From Patescibacteria group bacterium (GTDB lineage: Bacteria; Patescibacteriota; Patescibacteriia; UBA9934), in assembly GCA_041660165.1 (NCBI GenBank), contig JBAZWW010000001.1:28009-92008 (forward strand): 64,000 nucleotides of DNA, written 5' to 3'. Numbering within the stretch: the stretch's first letter is position 1; every line of letters starts with the position of its first letter. Position numbers and translations under genes: made by a program. Below the pieces are notes generated by a model that worked only from the letters and a program-made list of their open reading frames with translations, searched no databases and was not told where the DNA came from. Positions 49,047-59,490 of this stretch are shown one piece after another.

Positions 49047-49550
49047 ATGCGAGTACCGATACGTCGATCTGAAACACTGAAAAAAACCGAACCGCCGGAT
49101 AGATTTGTGACGCAAGAAACGCTCGACAGCATGAAACGGACAGTTGAACGCCTCGTGAAAATTGAACGTCCTCTGGCACTAGCTGAAGTTCAACGGCTGG
49201 CAGAAATGGGGGACTTGTCAGAAAACTTTGGGTACTACGTAGCCAAGACTGCGCTCCGTTCCATGGACGGAAAAATTGAAAACTTGAAAGACAAAATAAA
49301 CACCGCCGTGGTGATTGAATCCGGCTTACTCGACGGCAAAGTCCACGTGGGTTCAACCGTCACCTTGCTTCTCAATGGTTCGCCCATGACCGTCACTATC
49401 CTTGGCTCTACCGAATCCGCGCCAGGCAAAGGCCGAATCTCCCGTGGCTCTCCCCTCGGCGCCGCCCTCCTTGGTCACAGCATTGGCGACGTATATGAAA
49501 AGTACATTGGGAATGCGGAGGCAAGGATTGAGATTCAGTCGGTTGCGTAA
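49047..49550 (+). CDS. greA: Transcription elongation factor GreA
   Basis: GDLSENFGYYVAKTA and a C-terminal FKBP-like SRGSPLGAALLGHSIGDV. Confidence 0.85.
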   Translation: MRVPIRRSETLKKTEPPDRFVTQETLDSMKRTVERLVKIERPLALAEVQRLAEMGDLSENFGYYVAKTALRSMDGKIENLKDKINTAVVIESGLLDGKVHVGSTVTLLLNGSPMTVTILGSTESAPGKGRISRGSPLGAALLGHSIGDVYEKYIGNAEARIEIQSVA

Positions 49551-49555
49551 ACATT

Positions 49556-50023
49556 TTACGCTGAATGCTTGTAAGACCCACGATGTTTTCCTCCTAAGTT
49601 AAGGGGAATGTTCAGTAGCCCGCAAAATAGGACCCATCCAGTAGCGACAGCGATCAAAGGCGCCAATGTGGCAAGACTTTGCATGGCCTCCTCAGATCCG
49701 TCGGCCGTTCCTACCAGGGCGATGGCCGGTACTATGACAAACATAACAGGAGCGAAGACTGACAAAATGAGTGTTTGCGAGCGGTACTCGCTATACGAAC
49801 AATGGAGCTGGGAGTGTCTTCCGCTACAAACGTACGGTTCCTGAGGAGTCCAGTAATCGCCCTTGCCCCAATCGATTGGCTCCCTATTTACTAATGAGTC
49901 CGGCTGTCCATTTGGACCAAGGAATTGGTAGGCGATAAATTCAAGCGGCGACAGTAGGATAAGGCTAGCCAGTCCCAAGAGACATCCCATCAGAAATTTA
50001 GTGAGGAACAATTTATTTGTCAT
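49556..50023 (-). CDS. Hypothetical membrane protein
   Basis: Hydrophobic helices. Confidence 0.4.
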   Translation of the reverse strand: MTNKLFLTKFLMGCLLGLASLILLSPLEFIAYQFLGPNGQPDSLVNREPIDWGKGDYWTPQEPYVCSGRHSQLHCSYSEYRSQTLILSVFAPVMFVIVPAIALVGTADGSEEAMQSLATLAPLIAVATGWVLFCGLLNIPLNLGGKHRGSYKHSA

Positions 50024-50402
50024 AGGACGCAGAGTGCTTAGAAAACAAGAGGTTGAAAACTCCCATTACCGACGTTGAACCAAGATAAACGAGAATATCC
50101 AACGGGTCAAACGTACCGCCAAGCACCAACGTTGAGAATGTCGAATGGGGGAGCGAGAGAAATGCTTGGAGGAATTCAATGCTTAGAGCTAGCGTGAATA
50201 CTCCAACGGCTGTTAAAACGGGTTTTGGGCGAAGTATGAGTACGGCGAGCGAGTAGAGGAAAGTAATCGCCACAATATCGCCACCGTAGTTGCGTAGAAA
50301 TCCGCCGTGAAAGAAGAGGAAAATGAGTAAGCCGGAAACAAGGCTGAACAACGCCAGAAGTCCGAATAATCTCCGCTCGCGAGTTAATGAATATTCTCGC
50401 AT
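50013..50402 (-). CDS. Hypothetical membrane protein (DUF2809-like)
   Basis: Four TM segments. Tail TFDPLDILVYLGS. Confidence 0.4.
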   Translation of the reverse strand: MREYSLTRERRLFGLLALFSLVSGLLIFLFFHGGFLRNYGGDIVAITFLYSLAVLILRPKPVLTAVGVFTLALSIEFLQAFLSLPHSTFSTLVLGGTFDPLDILVYLGSTSVMGVFNLLFSKHSASYDK

Positions 50403-50959
50403 ATTGCTTTTTGATATTCGGTGTGGCTGATGGCATGCGGGGCATTTTGTACGATAATGATTTTGCTTTTCGGCAAATGCTTGGCAATAGATTCAATGCG
50501 AGGTTTGATGGCGGGGAAGAGTTTAGCCTCCACTGATCCATAGAAGAAGGTTGCTGGCGCGCTTATTTGTTTGGCGATCTGAAGCGCTCTGAACTGCTTA
50601 AAGTCTTGCATACGCCTAGTCCCTAAAATTGTTTTCCACCAAGGTTTTAGCGTGTTGAGGTCTTCAGAAAAATAGGGGCTCAATGAACAAAGAATAAGCC
50701 GGTTCGGTTTCAGCGCCGGTGCGGATATAAACGCGATCATTGCGCCAAAAGAAAAGCCTAATACGGTGTTGTTTTCTGTTTTGTACTTCTTGTACTGTTG
50801 TTCAAATTCCGCCACGTAGTCGCTCATCACGCGCCTATTCCATTTGATGGGAACAACCACAACCCGGTACCCCTTTTGTTGAAAATGGGTTTTAAGTCTT
50901 TGGTATCCCGTTCTCTCAGGTAGTTGCGTAAACCCCGGGATAATGAAAAGCGTCTTCAT
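50384..50959 (-). CDS. Alpha/beta hydrolase fold protein
   Basis: Nucleophile elbow GFSFGA (GxSxG). Confidence 0.6.
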   Translation of the reverse strand: MKTLFIIPGFTQLPERTGYQRLKTHFQQKGYRVVVVPIKWNRRVMSDYVAEFEQQYKKYKTENNTVLGFSFGAMIAFISAPALKPNRLILCSLSPYFSEDLNTLKPWWKTILGTRRMQDFKQFRALQIAKQISAPATFFYGSVEAKLFPAIKPRIESIAKHLPKSKIIIVQNAPHAISHTEYQKAICENIH

Positions 50960-51139
50960 ATCCCTGATCGTAGCACGGGCATTCCCGCCTTGCCATTCAA
51001 AAGCCTATTTGATAAAGTACCCCCGGTTTGAAGGATGTTCCGTATTGTTCGGGGGTAGCTTCCGCCTTCGCTCGATTACGAGCTACGGCGGATAAACAGT
51101 GGCACATGGCCACTTCGCTACTTCAGGACAAAGATATGT

Positions 51140-51214
51140 TCGGGGGTAGCTCAGTGGCAGAGCAAGGGACTGTTAATCCCTGGGTCGTGGGTTCGAGCCC
51201 CACCCCCCGAGCCA
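51140..51214 (+). tRNA. tRNA-Asn (anticodon GUU) with encoded CCA
   Basis: Manual fold: acceptor TCGGGGG/CCCCCGA, D-arm GCTC-AGTGGCA-GAGC, anticodon arm AGGGA-CTGTTAA-TCCCT, and T-arm GTGGG-TTCGAGC-CCCAC. Confidence 0.85.
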
Positions 51215-52842
51215 GAATGCACATCTTGCGTTGCAAGGTGTGTTTTCTTTTTGTCGTGCCTTGAAAAGAGGGCAGAATAGCCGTCTTTTGCGATAAACGA
51301 GAATTCATTGTTAGAAAAACGGAGTTCGGTAAACACCTGGGCGATGATCTGATGCTTTTCTATGTCTAGCGCGTATTTGTAGTACAAACCCGCCCTTTTA
51401 ACGAGTTCGGAAAAGGTTAGGATGTATTTGAGCATTTCGTGTTCAGATTGGTGAATCTCCCCCAAAGAAGCCTGAACCTCACGGTACTCGTTTTCTAGGC
51501 GCGTTACATCTGTCGCGTAATCCTCGGGACTGATAGCTTTAGTGCGGAGGAGCGTGATCTTCTCGTTTTTCAAATAGTCGAGATCTGCATAGATCCGATC
51601 GACATGTCTTTGGAGTTCATGGCGTTTCTTGTCGCGCTCGTCAGCGACCTTATTGAGCCCTGTGCGCGTTTTGGCCTCGATCTCGGATAACTCTTCGTCT
51701 GAGAATGCAATCTTCCCCAGTAGGCCCCCGATATACTCATGTACCTTCTCATTGCTCAGGTTTGGATTCGGATTCGTGCAACCCTCTTTGCACTTTGCGC
51801 GAAAATAGAGCTGACCCTTCTGTTCGTAGGGGGAGTAGGATCGACCGCACGAACACTTGATGACCCCACGGTAGGTTACGAATAATTTATCGGGGTAATG
51901 GACGCCAGTGGCACGTTGTGCTAGCGCGGCCTGAACCTTATAAAAGAGACCAGCTTCAACGAGGACGGGGTGGATGCCATTAATCACGCTTCCTCGATTT
52001 TTCAACTTACCAATATAGAACGGATTATTCAGTATATTTTCAATGGATTTAGTATTTACGGGGCGCGATATTTTTGGAGCAAAGTTATCGTTCCCAGAGA
52101 GAATTTCTTCTTTAGTACGTTTTGGTCGAATCGGTTTGGTTGTGAGTCCTTGTTTATTTGCCCATTTTGCGAGTTGGCTAAAGCTCCACTCACCAGTCGC
52201 GTATAGTTCAAATATCCGTTTTACAGTTGGAGCGCGATCGGGATCGAGTACCTTGTTATCCGACCCATTGTCTAAATAACCGATAGGGGAAACGTACGAA
52301 CAATATCCTTTCGCTCTAATCTTTTCTAAGCCCGCACGTGTTTTCTGGCTGATATCTCGCGAAAAGTGTTCAGAAAATGTTCCATCAATATCGCGGTGTA
52401 AGGCACCTGCCGCTGTTTGTTCATACTGTGCCTGTACAAACCGAATATCAACACGCGAATCATCAATCATTCGTTTGATGACCATTGCATCCTGTTCGTT
52501 TCGGCTGAGTCTATCCCAACATAGGACGATCACCCCCTTGAATTTGGATTGCTTGAGATCCTGCATCAATCTCAGGAATTTTGGCCTGCCTATATCGAAG
52601 ACGATTTGTCCTTTCGTATTAAAATCTATTCCTGCTGTTTTATATGCCGAATGTTTTTCTCGGATGATCCCGTCCGTGTAGTAACCGTCGATTGATCCTT
52701 TTACGACAGGCAATCCGAGCGATTTAGCGTGACTCAAATTGGCTCCCTCCTGATAGTCGAGTGAGTTTTTTTGGTTATTGGCTTCGTCTGTACTTTTGCG
52801 AGTGTAGACGAGGTATTCCTGACTGTGATCGGATTCTTTCAT
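51151..52842 (-). mobile_element. Large serine recombinase (integrase). Its 3' end overlaps the tRNA-Asn 3' half on the opposite strand.
   Basis: Resolvase catalytic domain YTRKSTDE with the Ser nucleophile, followed by recombinase and zinc-ribbon/coiled-coil domains. 563 aa. Confidence 0.85.
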
Positions 52843-53036
52843 AGTGGGTTCAAGTTAGACGATACTGCACTTTTCGTAATCTTTGGAGGAGTGACGGTCA
52901 TACCTTCAAATTCATAGCCCTCGAACTCTAAACGCCTATGAATACGCTCAAGGATCGCTGAGAACGCCAAGAACCCGCCGATCTCATTCTCGGAGAATGT
53001 TTGGTTGTGGGGTTGGGACTCTTGGGGTTCAATCAC
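52839..53036 (-). CDS. Small island protein, translationally coupled to the integrase (ATGA overlap). It may be an excisionase or regulator.
   Basis: 65 aa. Its stop overlaps the integrase start. Confidence 0.35.
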   Translation of the reverse strand: MIEPQESQPHNQTFSENEIGGFLAFSAILERIHRRLEFEGYEFEGMTVTPPKITKSAVSSNLNPL

Positions 53037-53043
53037 AAATTAT

Positions 53044-53241
53044 TTACTTCGTTCCGTAGATCTTTCTGCGTTCATCAATCGAAAGCATCTTTTTAGGTAT
53101 CCATGCCCTATAGCCGCATGATGGTTTGCGTGCACAGAAGAACTGCACTGCTCGTTTGATTGCGTAGAAGCCGATGTAGCTTTGGTAGCACCACGGACAG
53201 GACGTCATTTTGAGAGTTCCCCGTTTTTTGAAGTTAGACAT
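53044..53241 (-). CDS. Small zinc-ribbon protein
   Basis: CPWC...CARKPSC is a four-Cys motif. 65 aa. Confidence 0.4.
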   Translation of the reverse strand: MSNFKKRGTLKMTSCPWCYQSYIGFYAIKRAVQFFCARKPSCGYRAWIPKKMLSIDERRKIYGTK

Positions 53242-53505
53242 AACTTTTTCTCTCCCTCGGGTTACGGGGGAGTCTTCTTGGAAGGTTTAACGGTTCGTGG
53301 TCACGGGGTAGAACCCGAGCACACTGGGATGACATCTCTGTCAGTTCTTCAGCTTCGGGCGTGGTTCGTGACCACGAAACAATGAATGAGGGTATCGTCT
53401 GGGTTTAACGTCTTCTCCGATACGTCAGACAGTTGAACGAGAGATACTTTCTATAAAACCAAAAAGCATCCCGAAGGATGCCTAGTGGTGAAGAATGTGA
53501 ATATT

Positions 53506-54378
53506 CTAAATAAAGGAGGGGGGTCTATTTGCGAAAACGATTTTTCGTTTCATTCGGTTTACAATTGAAGAAATCGCTCCACTTTCTACTGAAATTCCGT
53601 CTGCTTTTAGATCATTAGCTGTACTTAGTTCGAGGTAACCGCTCGAACTCGATCTTTGGGAAGGCGGTGTAGCTCTGTTTTTAATGTATGCGTTATATAT
53701 TCTTACATCCTCAGGGAATCGAGTATAAGCTTTCTTTCTCTTAGTCGATTGGGTATCCAGTATTTTTCTTTGTATTATTTTTACGGATTTCCAATTATTA
53801 TTTATGTAATCTAGCACTTCGGCTTTACTTGTACCAGCCATAAATTCAAACCTGATCTTTCGTTCTATTTTCTGTGGGTGTTCGTCGTAATGAACGCTAC
53901 CAACCTCACACCCGAGCATGAATATATTGGACATTATGATGTATTCGGTAGCAATGATTCTGGCGCTTGTCATACTGAAAATATCCTCGTAGATTCTGAG
54001 CGTGCCACGCGTTTTGTCTTCGGGGTCGGTAATTACCAAGGGAACGATATGTTTAACATATTCATATACCTCGTCATCAAGTTGTTCGCCGATGGAAAAT
54101 CTGGCGGGGTACAGGTTACCGTCTGCAATATAGCCCTCTTTTAGATATCTCATTGACTCATCCGATAAATGGTAGATGTCATGGGTTTCGGGCGTATTTC
54201 CAGAGATGCCCATCTGTTTACGGATTCGGGCAACGAATAATTTGAAATCCTTTTTGAGTAGGAGTAGCTGAAAGATTTCCGCCCCTCGTTTTTTTAGCGC
54301 GTCGCCACAATAGAGCGAGTTGAGGATTTGTTCGTCACGTTCGGAGAAGAAAATCTCCGTATAATCGTATTTATACAT
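53506..54378 (-). CDS. Hypothetical island protein
   Basis: 290 aa. No motif recognised. Confidence 0.45.
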   Translation of the reverse strand: MYKYDYTEIFFSERDEQILNSLYCGDALKKRGAEIFQLLLLKKDFKLFVARIRKQMGISGNTPETHDIYHLSDESMRYLKEGYIADGNLYPARFSIGEQLDDEVYEYVKHIVPLVITDPEDKTRGTLRIYEDIFSMTSARIIATEYIIMSNIFMLGCEVGSVHYDEHPQKIERKIRFEFMAGTSKAEVLDYINNNWKSVKIIQRKILDTQSTKRKKAYTRFPEDVRIYNAYIKNRATPPSQRSSSSGYLELSTANDLKADGISVESGAISSIVNRMKRKIVFANRPPSFI

Positions 54379-54566
54379 AGCGCGAACGTGTGAATCAGTG
54401 GAGGTGGATTTCGGTATTGCCGAGCGAATTAACCTAATAACCTAGCTGATATATTTAACTATAACCGAATAACCGATTTTGTATTTCCCCAGTGTTAGCC
54501 GTTTTATCAAGTAATGGCTCGATCGAGCAAGAATTTGCAAAATTGCTGGCTCATGGTATCGTTTTT

Positions 54567-54705
54567 GCCATCTACCTACTGTTTTCGCCGCACAAGGCGT
54601 TGTCTTTTTCTAACCGATTGCGGATAGAGATGGGCAGCTGCCTCCACAATCGGACAGCCTTGTGCTGACCGAAAACAGTGGGTAGATAGGTGGCTGTCCT
54701 TTTTT
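54567..54705 (+). ncRNA. Candidate structured small RNA with a terminal Rho-independent terminator
   Basis: Nested inverted repeats: gccatctacctactgttttcg paired with cgaaaacagtgggtagatagg, and cacaagg paired with ccttgtg. It ends in ggacagcc...ggctgtcc followed by tttttt. Confidence 0.3.
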
Positions 54706-54760
54706 GATACTCGGACAGTTACCTGGAGATTAATTAACTAATTACCCATATCATCTACGT

Positions 54761-55285
54761 ATGGACAAGGATGCAGCCAAAGAAACGATCAAGAAACCGA
54801 TATATAGGCGTTGGTGGTTTTGGTTGTTGGCATTTTTAGCATTCGTTATGATCGTGGGACCATTTTTGCCAGAATCGACAACGACCCCATCTCCCGTTGT
54901 GGTTTCTTCTGGGACAGGTTCTGACACGATAAACGTTGACAAGCCAACACCCGCCCCTGAGCCAGAGAAAGTAGTAGCGACCACGAGTGCTGTGAAATTT
55001 TATCAGGATTATACGACTAACAATATAGCCGCTGAGCAAAAATATAACGGTCATTTGGTGAAACTCACTGGCGTAATTTCAAGTATCGGCAGGGATATTC
55101 TTGGGAAAGCGTACATTGTGTTGAAGGGTGATCAGTATGGTTTTAAGGGAATTCAGTGCATGTTGGACGATTCATCGATGGCGAAGGTGGCTGAGGTCAG
55201 CATTGGCGACTCGGTCACTCTGACTGGCAGGGTTAAGGATAATGTTCTTACAAATATTCTTATTGACGGTTGTTTGATCGACTGA
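54761..55285 (+). CDS. Membrane-anchored OB-fold (tRNA_anti-like) protein
   Basis: TM helix, then KYNGHLVKLTGVISSIGRDILGKAYIVLKGDQYGFKGIQCML. Confidence 0.5.
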   Translation: MDKDAAKETIKKPIYRRWWFWLLAFLAFVMIVGPFLPESTTTPSPVVVSSGTGSDTINVDKPTPAPEPEKVVATTSAVKFYQDYTTNNIAAEQKYNGHLVKLTGVISSIGRDILGKAYIVLKGDQYGFKGIQCMLDDSSMAKVAEVSIGDSVTLTGRVKDNVLTNILIDGCLID

Positions 55286-58200
55286 ACCTAACTGATGCCC
55301 CAAACTCATTCCACCACCACTCCATAATCGAACGTGGGGCAATACAGGGGCACACGGCTCTTGTCGGTGGCGTGAACAGGCGGTCGAGTATCAGACTTAA
55401 CCAACAGAAGGCCATATCTCGGATGTGGCCTTTTTGTAATTTCCGAAATGTGAGAGTATCAGATGAATCTATGTTCTTAGAGCCACGCATCAAACGTTGC
55501 GAATCACTAAAGGATCTTCTCGACTCCCCCGAGGATCCAGGTTTTTTTGACGAGGATAGCGATGGTATCGACACGGTTCTTCGGTCACAGAGAGCTTTTT
55601 TGATTAGTGAGCCTGGATATGGAAAATCGAGTGTATTGCTGCAGATTATTGAGAAGAGCCAAAAGGCAAATGAATCCTGCATTTATATCGATCTCAAAAC
55701 AATTACAAACAAGTCATTGTGCGCTTTAATTAAAGATAACGAGGAAGTTTACACATCGCAGGGAGCGATTGACGACTTTTCTCGTAAACCCATTTTCCAA
55801 ACAAGCAAATTTAGAGCCAAAAATTCAAGAGAGGTAATTTTTTGTTTAGATGCCCTTGATGAGGTTAGACAGGAGTATTTTTCTGAAACGGTAGATGAAA
55901 TTAAGCGCTTTATCGCAAAGTACGATAAGGCAACCATCATCCTGACTTGTCGTAAGAATTATCTGGCAAAATGGCAACATCTTTTTGCGGATCAATCTCT
56001 GGAGTTTTTTAGTCTGCTCTGTTTTAACTCAGATCAAATTCGTTCTTATTTGGTGGCCGAGGGAATCGCTGAGGAAACGGTTGAAATTGTTTTAGAGAAG
56101 ATGAACTTCAGAAATCGGCTGCCGATTCTCCGTGTACCTCGTTATCTTGGTATGTTAGCAAGATTCGTAAAAAAGGAAGGAGCTGAGGCGCTTATTGGTA
56201 TTACTCGAGGTAGGCTATTTGATTTTTTTATTGATGAGAATTTGAGGAACGAACAGGAAAAGGTAGATTTGAATAAAAACGCGATTATTAAGAAGGTTCT
56301 TGAGAAATTGGCCTTAGTAATGGAAATCTATCAAACAAGCCAAATCAGTAAAAATGAGTTGATGGAATTTTTTGATGATGTTCAGTCCAATCTCAGTATT
56401 AGTTTTTTGAACCAGGTTCCGATCGAGATTCTTTATGAAAGATCCTTACTTAAGGAAAACCCTGAAACCGTTGAATTTGTTAACACCGAGTTTCAGGAAT
56501 ATTTGGCCGCAAAGGAGATTTGCAGGCTCGGAAAGACCGACCAAGTAGTTTTCGATTTGATGGTAATAAAAGAGTTACACGAGATACACCCATCATGGAT
56601 TAATACGCTGTCTTTCTTACTGGAAGAGGATATTTCGTTGTTACCAGACATAATTAAATATATTGCCAAAAAATCCAGCCTCGAGAACTACCACGCGTTA
56701 TTGCCCATCACTGGGGTAGATAAGCTTACGATCCTTGCCAAAGGGAAGATCTTCCAAAGTATACTAACCAATTATTGCGATAACGGTCATTGGATCGATC
56801 ACAATGTTGCGAGAAACCTTAGTTGGTACTTCGATAGTACCCAGCACAAATTTCTCGACTCATTATTCTCTTCAAAGAATAATGATGAAACTTTTGGTGA
56901 GGTTATAAAAGCGAACGTTTTATTATTGATAGGATACATCTCCGAGAGGGGCTTGTTGAGCGTGAAGCAGTCGGGAGTTTGGCAACAACGAATTATCGAC
57001 ACAATCGGTTCACCCTATCAGAACGAGGTGCTGTTAAGATTCTCAATCACTGCTCTGGGAGCCTTTAAGAATCCGACGCTTTTTTCAACCAGGTTGGCTG
57101 ATATTATTTTTGCCACCAAGGAGGACACGATTATCTCTGGCCTTATATACGCAATTGAAGATTCCGATTCGCTAACTAGTGATGCCATCAATTGTATTCT
57201 GAGAGGGATAGAGATGGGTAATATTTCTGCCAGATTACTTTTACCAAGAATTACTGATAAACCCGCAATTAACAATGTGGTAGATTCGTTGATTACAAAC
57301 GAAAAATTATTGGTGGAATTTTTGGATCACGAAAGTATTCACGTGAGAGACACAGAAAAGATCCTTAAGAACCTCGAAAAAGTCACCGATGAACATCTAC
57401 TTGTAAAGCTTAAGAAATTATTTAACAGATTTTTTTCTGACAGCACGTATTTTGATGCCCAACATTCTAAATTTGTTCTTGGTCTGGCAGTTTTGATAGA
57501 CAAGAAATCACCAGGCTTTATTTTTGAACTAATAGCAACGTACAAGGACACCGATTTTTTGCACGCCCTACCTAGCATATTTGCAGCCTTGCTGAAGGCC
57601 GATGACGTGAAGGAGTTTTCCGAGCAGATGTCTAAGCATAGATGGATCGCGTTTAATACAGTCTACATAGCGGCTTCTGCCCAAACTGATGTCGCAAAGG
57701 GTATAGAGGCTGAGGGACGAAAATGCATGAATGATGAGTTCACGTCATCAGATAAATCGCAGGTGAAGACGACGCATATCGATGCGAAGAGGGAGCGAGA
57801 CGTGTATCAATTATTTAAATACAAACTTGAACCAGAACAGAAGAAATATTCCCTTGATTTATTCCAGTACTATCGAGGGCAAGAGAATATTATTGAAAAA
57901 TACATTTCCACTGAAGAAAAAGAACGGCTAATATATCTTGTTATTGATGCATTGCAGGTTTTTGATCCAGGGACACAAAAGTTGACTATTACAAATAGAG
58001 CCGAGGGTTCGTCACAGTACACGACAAACCAGTTCATCCATGTATTCGGCGATGCTCTCAGTGTGGCTGCAGATCTGAACGTAAATGTTTCTCACCTGAG
58101 ACAACACATAGTCAACTATATACCGTTTTCATACAGTGAACACCTGAAGGCGATATTTCACTTGGTGAAGCGGCCGACTAAGGATGAGATCGTGCTATTA

Positions 58201-59472
58201 CTAAAGATTTATAAAAATAGAGCCGATGATTTGCGAGAATTCATGCCCAGTAGCCTTATTGAATTCGTTCAGGTTCATCAGTTATCGGAAGCTGTAATGA
58301 TTCTAAAGTCATTCGTAAATTCTGAGAAAGTTTCGAGCTTCGATCGTTGTGCGGCATTCAATACAATCGTTGGATTAGATGGAGAGACCAAGCTATATGC
58401 TCGGTTAATATTCAATAAGTATAGGAACAGTCGTAAACCCGCGGAGATATTGTTGCGAGATTCTGCAAATGCTCATCTGATAGAAAAGTATTCAGTTTCC
58501 GATGCAGTTAACTGGAGGATTGAAAAGCTTATTGAGAAAGCTGAGCCGTTTAAAAGGGTAAAAGGAGTCCATGCAGTTGGAAAATTGGAGGGGGAGTTGA
58601 TGGATAAGAATTTCGCAAAACCATTATATGCGCTAAAAGGTTCGGCATATCGGAAGTTATTTCTTGACCTAATAGAGAGGGCTTTGGAAGTACATGGGAA
58701 GAGTGAGGAATATCATGATTACGCTTCGTATCTTTGGTCTATCAGCATTGAATATTTTAGGAATCTAAAGCAAGCTAAAAGCTACGAATCATTACATGAT
58801 ATCGAGGAGCTTATTGAACGAAATAAGGAGCAGTCAGGTATCAATTGGTTTCTATATACCTATCAGAATCTCAAGAGAGAGTATGCAATATTTATAGGGA
58901 AACCAAACAATATCGCGGATTGCATAAAGCAATATAATTACTTTAAGACAAGTTCATATCTTGTGGTGAGTACATCCGACGATCTATTTAGGATCATCAT
59001 GGGGGCGTGCAATGATAAGATCAGATCATGGGTAGAGAGCGAGGGCGCATATCATTTGATTAGAACTTATCCAAAGGCCGAGGATCTAATTCAGAAAACA
59101 ATAAAGACACAGCTAACTAATTGCTTACTTGAAGCTGGATTACGCAAGGAAGAGATCCAGGTTCAACGAGAATCGCAGTTGCTCGATGATAAGCGCACCG
59201 ATTTTCTCGTCTACTACGGTTTCATAGGCCCCATTCTGATTGAGGTAAAACTCTCGGACAATCCTGAGATAACAAACGGTGGCAAACGTTTGCAGTATAG
59301 AAAAAAGCTTCTCCAATATCTCGATGGTACGGCCTCACATCGAGGTATCTATTTGGTGTTTCTCCTCAAATCAGAGGATCTTCGTTTTGACACAATACTG
59401 AAGAATCAGTACAAGAATGACCGTATTGAGGTGGTGTCATTAATCTGCAAACCCAAAAGTATCATCGGGTAG
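55270..59472 (+). CDS. NACHT-family STAND NTPase (1400 aa) with a long helical C-terminal region and a C-terminal PD-(D/E)xK-like motif
   Basis: Walker A SEPGYGKSS, Walker B IFCLDALDEV, sensor TIILTCRKN and the winged-helix FQEYLAAKEI hallmark. The C-terminus has TDFLVYY...ILIEVK. The true start may be an internal ATG near 55423. Confidence 0.8.
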   Translation: MFDRLNLTDAPNSFHHHSIIERGAIQGHTALVGGVNRRSSIRLNQQKAISRMWPFCNFRNVRVSDESMFLEPRIKRCESLKDLLDSPEDPGFFDEDSDGIDTVLRSQRAFLISEPGYGKSSVLLQIIEKSQKANESCIYIDLKTITNKSLCALIKDNEEVYTSQGAIDDFSRKPIFQTSKFRAKNSREVIFCLDALDEVRQEYFSETVDEIKRFIAKYDKATIILTCRKNYLAKWQHLFADQSLEFFSLLCFNSDQIRSYLVAEGIAEETVEIVLEKMNFRNRLPILRVPRYLGMLARFVKKEGAEALIGITRGRLFDFFIDENLRNEQEKVDLNKNAIIKKVLEKLALVMEIYQTSQISKNELMEFFDDVQSNLSISFLNQVPIEILYERSLLKENPETVEFVNTEFQEYLAAKEICRLGKTDQVVFDLMVIKELHEIHPSWINTLSFLLEEDISLLPDIIKYIAKKSSLENYHALLPITGVDKLTILAKGKIFQSILTNYCDNGHWIDHNVARNLSWYFDSTQHKFLDSLFSSKNNDETFGEVIKANVLLLIGYISERGLLSVKQSGVWQQRIIDTIGSPYQNEVLLRFSITALGAFKNPTLFSTRLADIIFATKEDTIISGLIYAIEDSDSLTSDAINCILRGIEMGNISARLLLPRITDKPAINNVVDSLITNEKLLVEFLDHESIHVRDTEKILKNLEKVTDEHLLVKLKKLFNRFFSDSTYFDAQHSKFVLGLAVLIDKKSPGFIFELIATYKDTDFLHALPSIFAALLKADDVKEFSEQMSKHRWIAFNTVYIAASAQTDVAKGIEAEGRKCMNDEFTSSDKSQVKTTHIDAKRERDVYQLFKYKLEPEQKKYSLDLFQYYRGQENIIEKYISTEEKERLIYLVIDALQVFDPGTQKLTITNRAEGSSQYTTNQFIHVFGDALSVAADLNVNVSHLRQHIVNYIPFSYSEHLKAIFHLVKRPTKDEIVLLLKIYKNRADDLREFMPSSLIEFVQVHQLSEAVMILKSFVNSEKVSSFDRCAAFNTIVGLDGETKLYARLIFNKYRNSRKPAEILLRDSANAHLIEKYSVSDAVNWRIEKLIEKAEPFKRVKGVHAVGKLEGELMDKNFAKPLYALKGSAYRKLFLDLIERALEVHGKSEEYHDYASYLWSISIEYFRNLKQAKSYESLHDIEELIERNKEQSGINWFLYTYQNLKREYAIFIGKPNNIADCIKQYNYFKTSSYLVVSTSDDLFRIIMGACNDKIRSWVESEGAYHLIRTYPKAEDLIQKTIKTQLTNCLLEAGLRKEEIQVQRESQLLDDKRTDFLVYYGFIGPILIEVKLSDNPEITNGGKRLQYRKKLLQYLDGTASHRGIYLVFLLKSEDLRFDTILKNQYKNDRIEVVSLICKPKSIIG

Positions 59473-59490
59473 CCTCATTGTTTTCGTCAT

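Noticed and set aside
51046-51060. 15-nt copy of the tRNA-Asn 5' end upstream of the tRNA, as a possible att site
   Set aside because: It is on the wrong side for a 3'-end tRNA integration and is too short to interpret. It is noted in the island finding only.
55260-55682. 140-aa - strand ORF overlapping the start of the NACHT gene
   Set aside because: It is antisense to the NACHT N-terminus and has no motif.
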